From the NCBI GenBank assembly GCA_050273025.1, contig CP158635.1:6014001-6078000 (forward strand): 64,000 bases of DNA, read 5' to 3'. The position numbers were made by a program, and so were the translations under genes. Positions 1 through 10,877 of this stretch are shown here, piece after piece; the stretch's first letter is position 1, and each line of letters starts with the position of its first letter. A model generated the notes under the pieces. It searched no databases and had not been told where the DNA came from. It worked only from the letters and a program-made list of their open reading frames with translations. Source of the DNA: Cenococcum geophilum. Taxonomy: Eukaryota.

Positions 1-3000
1 CCTACTTTTAAAGCTTCCTAGTTTAATATAAAGGCGAAGAAGATCTTAAGGGTGAGATTAATAAGGCTAAATAGCTCCTTATAGATATAGAAATTGAGGA
101 CTACTTTCCCAACTAATACTTTACCGAGTATAGTAAGGTAAATAGCGCATAAACCGTTGCTGTCCTTAATAACTAATCTATGCTCTATTCTGTTATAAGG
201 TTAGATATCTTTAATAAGCTAAAGGAAAGTTCCGCGTTCTTCTTTAACAATAAATACTTAGTAAACGTCTTTTATAGTATTATGCCAGATACTAGAGCCG
301 CAGGAGTATCTATAGTAGGAAAACCTTAAGTCTAAGCTCTTTAGTAGCTTAATAGTTCTATCTAGATTAACTAATTAATGGTAGGCTAATATATAATTCG
401 CTTTGGTAAGGGTACTGTAATTTCTTTTAGTATAATTAAGGTCTAAACCCCGTTAGGATATATTACTTTCTATATTATTCCTATAAATACCCTATTCCTA
501 TTCTGCATCTAAGATATAGATAAATTAGGCGTTAAGCTTAACAACCTTAAAAATATACTTATTTAAGGAGATAATTGGGTGCCCATTATACGCAAGTGGG
601 GTTACCCTTGGTTGCTCCTTTAATAGCCAGAAAGAAGCGTTACTTAGAGTTACTTAACTAAGTTAGAGCTACGTTAACTACATTATCGTTTTAGCTACCT
701 ATCCGTTTACCAACTGCTTAGGGTTCTTTAACAAGTAGGTTATAAAGTTAAGGTTAAAGCAATTAAATATCTTATAAAGTACTGCTATTACTGCCAAATG
801 AACTAGAAGTCCCCTAGCCAATTTAAGTTTACCCTTAAAGATAACTATAACTTTAACTTCTATATTATTATAGATATTATATATCTTAGCGGCAAGCTAG
901 TACTCTAAGTTGTTAACTTCTTAACCTCCTTCTAAGCCGCACGCTTTTTAAAAGATATATTAGCTAGGAACGTATAGGATACTCTTTAATTATACTAGAT
1001 TAATATCTACCTAGGACCCCCTAATTAAATTATTTATAATATAGAAAAGAACTTCTTATCTATAGAGTTTTAATAATAGGTAAAGGCAATAATAATTAAG
1101 GTTAAGGAAGTCCCCGTTAAGGTATATAATAGTATTAGAAAGGTAGAACGATACTATACGCTATTACGCCGCGTATATAAGATTATTTCTTTAGAACTAG
1201 AGGGTGCTAGCGAAGAGCTTATCCTATAGATGGCTGTTAAGGCTATTAATAATACCGCTAGCCTAGATGGGCTCGTACCTATATTACTAGTTTTTGGCGC
1301 CTACCCTTAAATAACTAATAATTCTTTACTATCTCCCTCTATTATATAATAAGCTAAGGCGATTTATAAGGCAATAAAGGAGGTGTAACGTCTCTACGCT
1401 ACGTGCTAGGTTAACGACGCACTAGGAATAAGAAATGGCCTAAATACCTTAACTATGCTCGATCTGCCACTCCAATCTAAGGTACGCGTATAGCGTAAAA
1501 AGGGAGGATAGTTAAGCCCATATAAACTTATTGCAATTAATAGTTAGACTTATACTCTTTAGATGCCCTATAGACCTACTTAATTCCGTTTAACTATTAT
1601 TAAGCCTTACTATAAAGATAACAGTTCCGAGCCTTTATAGGATACCCTAGAAGATACCCTAGGAGATACCCTAGAGGAGAACTATAATTAACGTGCCCTA
1701 GAAGGCAACTATAACCCCAATATAACTGTAGTAGATACGCCGCAACTATGACGCGGTAGAGGTTGCCTAAAGGGATTACGAAACCGCTAATACCTTATTA
1801 ATTTTAAAGAGCAACTTATTACCGCCATTAAGAATAGAGTTAAGCTATTAATGGCCTTTATAACAGCTAAAGAGAAGGCTAACTTTAAGCTCGCAAAACA
1901 GCTTTAAAAGGAAGGCCGTATTATAACTTTAGGAGCTCCTTTCCAAGCATCTAATAAGCAGGAGATTAACGGTCTTATTGCAAAAGGAGTCTTTAAGTTT
2001 AAGAAGTATAACCCTACTAAGTTTAATGGGGTTTATATATTTAGGTTAAGAATAGTTAATAAGATTAAAGGTAAAGCTACCGATACCCTATTTAAGAAGT
2101 TAAGGCTAGTTATTTAAGGTTATAACGATAACGGTAAGGAAGTGATTCTTACGTAATCCCCTATAATTTAATGAGCTAGTTAGTAAGTTATTATTACGCT
2201 AGCTCCCTCCTTAATAAAGAATAAAATGGCGGTTTATTTATAAGATATTACCTAAGCCTATACCTAATTAGAGATACGCCTTTAGCGCTTAATATTGGCA
2301 TACCTTCTAGAGCAAATTCGCCACTAATATCCTAAAGATATAATTATGGTTATGCTTAAGCCACTATATAGAATTATAGAGGTAGGAACTTATTAGTAGG
2401 CTACTTATAGCAAGCACTATAAAGAGAAGCTTTTAATAACTACTTCTATATTTAATCCCTGCTTCCTTATTACAGCTATAGAAACTCTATTTAGAATTGT
2501 TGGCATATAAACGGATAATATAATTATCTTAGGAGACGACTAATTCTTAGCTCTTAAAGAAGATAAGCTAGTAAAGGTAAACCTTATAGCAAAGCTAAAG
2601 GAAAGACTTAATTTAATAACACTATTACTCTTTAATAGATGCATTATTTCCCTAAATAAGGATTCCATTACCCTACGCCAGAAAGGTTAAGGTAAGAAGA
2701 TTAATATTATTAACGTTAATTCTTTAAAGTAAGAATATATAGAGCAACGCGCTTGCGGAACTTATATAGCTTTTATCTATTAACCCGAAGCTTCCTTTAA
2801 TCTTTCTGTTGCCGCCCAACACCAGAAACTAACTAAGGATAATATTTTTAACCTAAATAAGTGTCTTTTCTGGTAAATGAACTATCTTAATTAGGGACTA
2901 CTTTACGTGCCTATTAATCTTCCTACCGCTAAGCTATTTGTGTTTATTAATGGATTGTTTATAAATAATAAAGATTTTAGCTCCTAGCTAGGATATAAGA

Positions 3001-3937
3001 TTATTATAGCGAATAAATCTACCGGAGAGAATGACTTTATAATCTACGGTAATCTTATCTATTAGAGCTTAACTAAAAGTAAATATGTTACTCGAAGCGT
3101 TCTAGTGTTAGAGATATATAGAATAGTTAATAGAGTTAATATAGTAATTATAATTAAAACTACCCTTAAGATAATTATAGATTAACTTAAACTTTCTATT
3201 ATCCCTATAATCGTATACACTAACTTATATTCCCTTTACAAGTGTTTAGTTAAGCTTAGTACTATAAAGGAGAAGCGCCTTATAATTAATATTATAGCAC
3301 TTTAGTAGTCCTATAAGCGTTAAAAACTCTTTAAAATCTAATAGATTAATAGCTAAGATAACCCGGTAGATACGATAATAAAGGCAAACCTAAATAAGGC
3401 ACTAGAGACGTTCGTTAATATAAATACTCTATATATGCGAGTTAAAGGTTAGGTTAAGAGGGAAATTTAAAAAAGTTAAGATCTTATGGAACTTCGACCG
3501 CCAGTTAAAGTTATCTAATTGGTTAGATTCTTACTAAGAGCGCTACGCCTAATTAATTTGGGTGGCGGTGTGGAGTTCTACTAACGCTATTTATTAAGCT
3601 AGCTAATTAGGATTTTCTATCCCTAGGATAGAAAATCGCTATTGGCTTGGCTAAGAGCGGTAAGTGGAACTAATATCTTTACACGAACCCATACATCTAC
3701 CTACGCTACCTCTTCCCCTTTATTTCTTCTTCTTCTTCTCCTTAGCTTTATATCTTTATATAGTAGCAATCTATAAGTATATATAGATAGCAACTATAAA
3801 AGAAGAGTTGCTAGTGTTGGGAATAAGGCAAGCGGTTATCACGTATTATTATATATTACCACGGCACTAGCGTAGTAAGGAACCTTAGGTTCCTTACCTA
3901 CCCCCTAATTCTAAACAATAAGCTTTATTAACTAACA
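1..3937 (+). mobile_element. Ty1/Copia LTR retrotransposon A, RIP-inactivated; 5' part lies outside the window
   Basis: Degraded pol in Copia order: integrase about 700-1330, RT about 1950-2700 (KSRLVIQG-like and LKPLYG-like motifs), RNase H about 2920-3470 (KEKRL.I.I..L and NP.D...K motifs). Purine tract aaaagaagag precedes a 3' LTR running TGTTGG...TAACA at 3815-3937. Confidence 0.9.
3815..3937 (+). repeat. 3' LTR of Copia A
   Basis: TG...CA ends after a polypurine tract. Shares the core cggcactagcgtagtaaggaaccttaggtt with the inverted LTR at about 4818-4984. Confidence 0.8.
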
Positions 3938-4984
3938 TTCACTATGTCTACTTAAGTAGCATTAGTGAGTTACCCTATAACACTAATAGTTACCTTCCAA
4001 AGAATATAGGTTAGTTTTAGGTTTCTATAGTTAACGTATAATCTTAGCTTCCGTCTATACTAGTTCTTCTATACTAGTAAAAACGGCGTAAATATTACTA
4101 GTAATTAGGTTACCGTCCTTAGTAACGTACACCCTATTCCTTTAGAGGGAATCTTAAAAATCCTAAATAATATTAACATTACTAAGTGCCTAGGTGTTGG
4201 CGGTCTATCCTATAAAATCCTCCCTAAAGTATTCCTATAACTATAAATCGGCGTAGTAGCTATCTTAGTAGAATAGAATATAGTATAGGAGAAAGCCGTT
4301 AACTTATTTTGCGGTATAAGTTATTATATTAAAGGTAAATACGTCCCAATCTTTATCGATAAGTTTCGCGTATATAGCTACCCCTAGTAGTAAGGAGTCT
4401 CTCTAGTTGTTTAGAGTAGCTATAGTTATATCTTTAGAGAAAGGGAATATTGGTGGTATAGGGATTGTTGTTTAGTACGCGTTTGTAACATATATTTATA
4501 ATTATAGGGCTTAAGACTAGTTCTAGCCTTAAATTATAAAGACTTATAAAGTGTGTTATTCTGCGTAATAGATATAAGAATCTATAATCTAGGGAAGGCT
4601 TAGGACTAGTTCTAGCCTTTAAATCCTTAGATTTGTAGAAGAGTTCTATTTAAGGTTTAAAACCAGTTCTAACCTTAAAAAACAGCTTCCCTTAATACGA
4701 GTAGCACTAGTATAGTAGCTTATCTCTTCTTAGTAAATACCTAGCTGTTCTATAGTATAACTATAAAGTTAACTACTAATTAGTATTGGTTATATAAGGG
4801 GGATATCACGTAGCTATGGTTCGTAGATAGTATAATAATTATTATTATTTTTATTCCAAGAAAGGGGAAGGGTAAGAAACCTAAGGTTCCTTACTACGCT
4901 AGTGCCGCGGCAACACGTGACGGCAACTTGCCTTATATAACGGCAATTTGCCACATATAGCGGCAATTTGCCCTATTCCTAACA
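3938..4984 (-). mobile_element. 5' part (LTR plus gag) of related Copia element B, interrupted by Copia A
   Basis: Inverted LTR starting TGTTAGG at 4984 (inner boundary approximate, about 4818). The minus strand gives a fungal Copia gag-like EYFREDF.G.T motif near 4200-4250. Confidence 0.7.
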
Positions 4985-5520
4985 CTTACTATAGAAATAT
5001 AAGGATATATAGTACTTAATAGTATACTATAGTTAGAAAATAACGCCACTAGAGCTATTAGGAATAGTAATAGTACTTAAGGAATAAAGAGTATTTTTAT
5101 AAGGTATAGATAAACTATTTATAGTTAAAACGGACTATAAGAACCTTATAGAATTCCTAATAATAAAAGAACTTAATAGAAAATAAGTTAGATAGGTAGA
5201 AATACTTATAGAATACTATTTTAAAATTAAGTATACTAAAGGCACTAAGAATATACAAGCGGATATACTTAGTAGAAAGACAGAACTATAAAAATAATAA
5301 TAAAACTATTAGGAGTAATATTATAAAAAGATAAAGATAGAAAAATTAGGTATAATTATCTAAAAATCGTAATAACTTAAGAGGTATAGATCTATAAGGT
5401 ACTAAAGAGTAATTAAATATAGAGGATTTAGGAGGCGTAGCTTAAGGATTTAAATATAAAATAATAGAAGTACTAAAAGACTACGTATATACTAAGAAGA
5501 TATAAGTTTAAGGTACTTAT
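4985..5520 (+). mobile_element. RIPed Gypsy pol fragment (RNase H region)
   Basis: Degraded ELL.IV..LKE, KTD(H)KNL..F, ELNR.Q.R(W) and KG..N..AD.LSR motifs. Confidence 0.75.
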
Positions 5521-7564
5521 AAGGAGGTATTAAGCCTAGCCTTTAGCTAGGCCTTAGTTACCCCTAAATAGCCCTTAAGCAAGGCCTCGAGTAGTAGAGA
5601 TTTTATTCCTTATACGTAGTATTAGGTAATGTATTACCTCGCTTATTTATATTGTTATACGTAGCTTAACCAGCTAGTGTACTAAATACTCGCTTATCTT
5701 TTTAGTATGTTTGGCTCCGGTAGCGTAAAGCCTATCGCCTTATACGTAGCTATTAAGAAGCTCTAAATAGCCACTAGCTGCGCGCGAAGATAGCTTATAG
5801 GGTTTTTCCCTATATAATATATAATTTTCCTTTAGGTATAAAGTAGTCTATATAGACCTAAATAGGATTCGTCTTAGACGTTAATTAAAGATTAATATAT
5901 AATAATAATTCATTGCTTAACGTCCGATTTAGATCCCTATTGGGCCTACGCGGACTACTCCTTATTTATATATAGGGAGAAAACTCTATTTAAGAAAAAT
6001 GAGAAAACCCTGTGATCTATCTCCCTGCCTTTTGGGACTCGCCTACTTAGCGCCTATAAGTCGCCTATAGTGCTCTACTACCTTACTATTTAACCTCCTT
6101 AGGAACTACTACTGCCGTAATAAGCCTACGGACGCGCTAGTATTATAAACTATTACTCTACTACTATAGAGTTACTAGGGGGTACCTACTGCTCGCCCCC
6201 TTACCTTCTATTACTATTTCCCTTATAACCCAGAACTAATTTAGCATATTTTGACTAATAAGCCACTAGGTAACCGCCTTAAGGCCTTTTTATATTAAGA
6301 GTAGTGTATTATAGTTCTCTGTGCTAGCTGCTAAGAGTATTATTTTTTAATTAGTGCGTAGGGGGCATAGTAGTATTACGTGTTTTAGTGTCTGTTTTGG
6401 CTAGCTATATTTATATCTTAGGCTACCTACTAGAATACCCACCTAGTAAAGCCAATCTTTTAGTCCTATTATTCCTGTTCTTAAGAGTGTTACTATTATA
6501 TTTTCTACCTTTATTAGGCCTTCTTAGAGCCCTTAGGTATTTACCCCCTATAGCGTTAACCATACTATAGCTTAGGTTTGTCTTGCCTAAGTTAGCCTCT
6601 ATACCTTTAACTCCTATTTACCTCTTTAGCGTTGGTCTAACTAGTATTATATTGCGGTAGATAGTTTCCCGGCGTTCTTATATATTCTACTTTAGCTCCT
6701 TTCTCTATCTTACTGTCTTTACTAACCTCTTATACGTCTCCCTTTCTCCTCTATATAGGCCTGGGCCCTAAAGCGGCACTATTTTTCTTCTGCTTTCTTT
6801 ACCTATTTCTCTAATATCTCTTCCCTACTTTAGGGTTGTTAGTTTGTTCTTCTATAGGGCACCCTAGGGTCCCTCTATAGTTTACTTAGGCGTGTCTTAA
6901 TGTACTTTATAATATTAGAGTTGCGTTTATTTTATATCCTTTATATTATAGCGGCTTTAATATATAACTATAGGGGGGGAATATTAGATTCCTTCTTAAG
7001 CAGTGCTGTGGCCGTTTACTTATACCCGCCTATAATACTTTAAAGGTAGGCTATTTAGACCTTTTAAAGTGGTTTAAGGAGTAATTTAGGGGGGCCCTTT
7101 TTAGTTTCTCTAATGGCCCAAATATTAGATCTATATGTTATAGTTAGCCGGATAACTGCTATATATAGTAGGCGTGACCTTTAAAAGCATAGACCCTATA
7201 TAGAATTAATAATCCTAGATAAAGCGATAAACTGTGCTTGGCCTTTACGGGCCATTTACGCCGTATATGCGCTCTACTAAAGCTTACTATCTACCTATAC
7301 TCTTAATACCCTTAGGCCCTAAACTGGTTAACCCCTAAAGCCTTAAATATAAATTATATGCTAGAGATCTATAGATTGGTTGCATTTTCTTATAAAATAG
7401 ATTAGCTAGTATTTCTTTAGTAAGAATTGGACTTTATAACATTTTGCCTATTCTATATAAGTATTATAGGCTTTTTCTAGTGTTCTATAATTCTCTACGG
7501 CTATTAGCCTATATATAATTAGGTTTATATTATTAATAAAGCCTATCCCCTAGGTCGCCCCTTT

Positions 7565-7775
7565 TATAACGGCGCTATCGCACGTTACCTGCCAAATTCT
7601 GCCATATTCTACCGACCTGCGATTAGCCCGCCCAAAGCTAGCGCCTTGGCGGCTTACCCTATATATTTGTTTACATCGGTCCTAGAGACCCCTTTTCCTT
7701 CTCTTTAGCTTAGTATCTTTATAATACAGCATTCATTCAAGCTTCGGTTTAGAGGCATTTATTTAAGCCGTGACA
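7565..7775 (+). repeat. 5' LTR of Gypsy A
   Basis: Direct repeat of 26010-26220; starts TA (RIPed TG) and ends CA. Confidence 0.95.
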
Positions 7776-9125
7776 TTATACTAAGCTCTCCCTACCTTGC
7801 CTGGAAAGGCCTTAATAATATCCTACCCCAAAGAAACTTCATCTGCAACGACGTATTAACGCGCTATACTTAGACACCAAAACAACTTTATATTGCCTGG
7901 GAAGGCCTAGATAATATCCCACCTTATAAGCTAGACAGGACTGGACCTATACCCCCAGAATTAAAACTAAAGCGTATAATACCGACGAACCTTAGGAAGC
8001 TAATAATAGCACCTAAAGCAAGCTTATTTAAGAGAGCTGCCTCTACCCAAGAGGAACCTAAGATCCAATTAGGATTAGAAATTGAAGATAATGATGACGT
8101 TATAGACGTACGCGAGCAGATTCGTGCCCTTGCAGCTAGCCAGGAAGCCAATCGTCTTAAAGCGAGAAATATATAAGAGACCCTACAAGAGATCCTAGAA
8201 AGCCTTACAGCCCTATAAAATAGCCTAGCTTTCCCTTTTTAAAGCCCTAGCCGACCTGTTTACTTTACTAAATGTAATATACCAGGGAGTACGGATATAA
8301 TAACAAAGTAATTAAAGTCCATTAAGCTCTTTAACCCCCCACCACTATCTAACGGGATAGACCCTACCTTTAAGAATTAGAGGATTTAAGTATAAGGAAA
8401 GCTCCGCGTTAACTATAACTATTTCCTTTCTAAAGAAGCTAAAATACTTTACCTCTTTGGTTAAACTACTGGGGATACCTAACGGCACCTTTAAGCCAAG
8501 TTTAAGGATGACTTCCCTGTCTAATTTATATCCGTTAATAAGATAATATAGCACCTAGCGGCTATCTATATTAACCCGAATAAAGTACAGGATGCCCGTT
8601 ATAACTATAATCGCCTAATAATAAAACCGAACTAACCCTTTACTAAATTCTAGACTTAATTCCTATACCTTGCAGGAGAAGGCTAGGTCCCCCTTAAGAA
8701 CTACCGATTAGACCTATATAATAAGCTAATAATCCGGCTATAAGAAAAGATTGCTGTAACCTTAGATAACCTACTAACCTATAAAAGACTCGCAGCTTAT
8801 TGCCTATTATTAGACTTAGAACTAAAGTAGATTAACGCCCGCCCTAATTGGTAGAAGCAACTCTATAATAATTAGAACTCGCTAGCTATACCTATAGAAG
8901 CTAGAGTAGAAAAATAAGTTATAACTACTCTTTTACTAAAGGCGGTTATAACTACGCACCGGCGAGCCTCGCCTAACTAGTTATATACTATACTATTAAC
9001 TAGTATTCGCTGCAATACTCTAATTAACCCTACCTCGGCTACGTACTTTAACTATAATAAGTACATTAGGAAAATATTCGCAGGATAAGATTTAAGTAGA
9101 CTTTGGTTTTCGCGTTTCGCGTAAT

Positions 9126-9518
9126 TAACATACAATTTAACCAACTTAACACGTAATTAACTAACTTAATACGCAGTTGACCTACTTAATATATAATTTA
9201 ACTAACTCGATACGCAGTTAACCTACTTAACATGCAATTTAACTAACTTAACACGTAGTTAACCTACTTAACATACAATTTAACTAACTTAACACATAGT
9301 TAACCTACTTAACATATAATTTAACTAACTTAACACGCAGTTAACCTACTTAATATATAATTTAACTAACTTAATATGTAGTTGACCTACTTAATATATA
9401 ATTTAACTAACTTAACACGCAGTTAACCTACTTAATATGCAATTTAACTAACTTAACACGCAGTTAACTTACTTAACATATAATTTAACTAACTCAATAT
9501 GCAGTTAACCTACTTAAC
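9126..9518. repeat. 41-bp tandem array (20+21-bp subunits) in element X1
   Basis: Unit ttaacctacttaacatgcaatttaactaacttaacacgcag with RIP-type variants; counterpart at about 25335-25890. Confidence 0.9.
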
Positions 9519-9648
9519 AACTTTAAAAGCTAACTATATATTTCTTGACGTGCGATTAAGGTAAAGTTATATATTATATATTTAACTATTATATATAATC
9601 TTATACAATCTTATACAATCTCATACAATCTTATAGTCTTATTACTTG

Positions 9649-10001
9649 GAGGCTCTGCACGAGGCTCTACACGAAGCTCTGCGTACAGAGGCTCTGCACG
9701 AAGCTCTGCACGAAGCTCTGCACGAGGGTCTGCGCGAGGGTCTGCGCGAGGGTCTGCGCGAGGGTCTGCGCGAGGGTCTGCGCGAGGGTCTGCGCGAGGG
9801 TCTGCGCGAGGGTCTGCGCGAGGGTCTGCGCGAGGGTCTGCGCGAGGGTCTGCGCGAGGGTCTGCGCGAGGGTCTGCGCGAGGGTCTGCGCGAGGGTCTG
9901 CGCGAGGGTCTGCGCGAGGGTCTGCGCGAGGGTCTGCGCGAGGGTCTGCGCGAGGGTCTGCGCGAAGCTCTGCGTACAGAGGCTCTACACGAAGCTCTGC
10001 A
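9649..10001. repeat. 12-bp tandem array in X1, including 20 perfect GAGGGTCTGCGC units at 9724-9963
   Basis: Directly visible; counterpart at about 24677-25238 is dominated by GAAGCTCTGCAC. Confidence 0.95.
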
Positions 10002-10132
10002 TCGGGTCCCCGCTATATTCCCGATAGCCTCTACACGTGCCTCTACCGTATGTAGCCACCTTATTTTTTACCCTTCCTTCCTTCTTTATATCCTCCCTAC
10101 CTAGGGAGGCACCAGAACGGCAGCCAGCAGAG

Positions 10133-10555
10133 GACCGTTGCTAGAACTAGACGACCGTCGCCAGAACCAGATGACCGTTACCAGAACCAGACGACCATCG
10201 CCAGCCAGACGACCGTCGCCAGAACCAGACGACCGTTGCCAGAGCCAGACGATCGTCGCCAGAACCAGACGACCGTCGCCAGCCAGACGACCGTTACCAG
10301 AACCAGACGACCATTGCCAGAGCCAGACGATCATCGCCAGAACCAGACAACCGTCGCCAGCCAGACGACCGTTACCAGAACCAGACGACCGTCGCCAGAA
10401 CCAGACGACCGTCGCCAGCCAGACGACCGTTACCAGAACCAGACAACCGTCGCCAGAACCAGACGACCGTTACCAGAACTAGACGACCGTTGCCAGAGCC
10501 AGACGACCGTCGCCAGAACCAGACAACCGTCGCCAGAGCCAGACGACAACGACTA
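10133..10555. repeat. 20/21-bp tandem array (CCAGAACCAGACGACCGTCG-like) in X1
   Basis: Directly visible; counterpart at about 24185-24560. Confidence 0.9.
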
Positions 10556-10597
10556 GCCAGCCAACACTATAAACGATTCGATCAATCGATCAAATTA

Positions 10598-10877
10598 AGG
10601 TAGCACAGACAGGTAGGCACAAACAGGTAGATGCTGACGGGTAGGTAAATGTAGACAGGTAGGTAGATACAGACAGGTAAGCAGATATAGATAGGTAGGT
10701 AGATGCAGATAGGTAAGTAAATGCAGATAGGCAAGCAAATATAGATAGGTAGGTAGATGCTAACGGGTAAGTAGATATAGATAGGTAGGCAAATATAGAC
10801 AGGTAAATATAGATAGGTAGGCGATGCAAATAGGTAGGCGATGCAGGTAGGTAGGTAAGTCAATAGGTAGATAGGTA
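10598..10877. repeat. About 18-20-bp purine-rich tandem array (AGGTAGGCAGATGCAGAT-like) in X1
   Basis: Directly visible; longer counterpart at about 23750-24140. Confidence 0.85.

Noticed and set aside
6388..6570. Hydrophobic 60-aa ORF repeated at 48988-49173
   Set aside because: Antisense frame in the RIPed 3' region of the two LINE copies; GTG/TTG start; conservation only reflects the repeat.
9126..9518. Regular 41-bp repeats superficially like a CRISPR array
   Set aside because: Head-to-tail units with no unique spacers, no cas genes, eukaryotic context.
9646..10104. ORFs encoding (EGLR)n/(EALH)n, and the R/P/Q-rich or YLP-rich ORFs at 10101-10863 and 23850-25280
   Set aside because: By-products of stop-free tandem repeats in element X; starts and frames are not conserved between the two copies.
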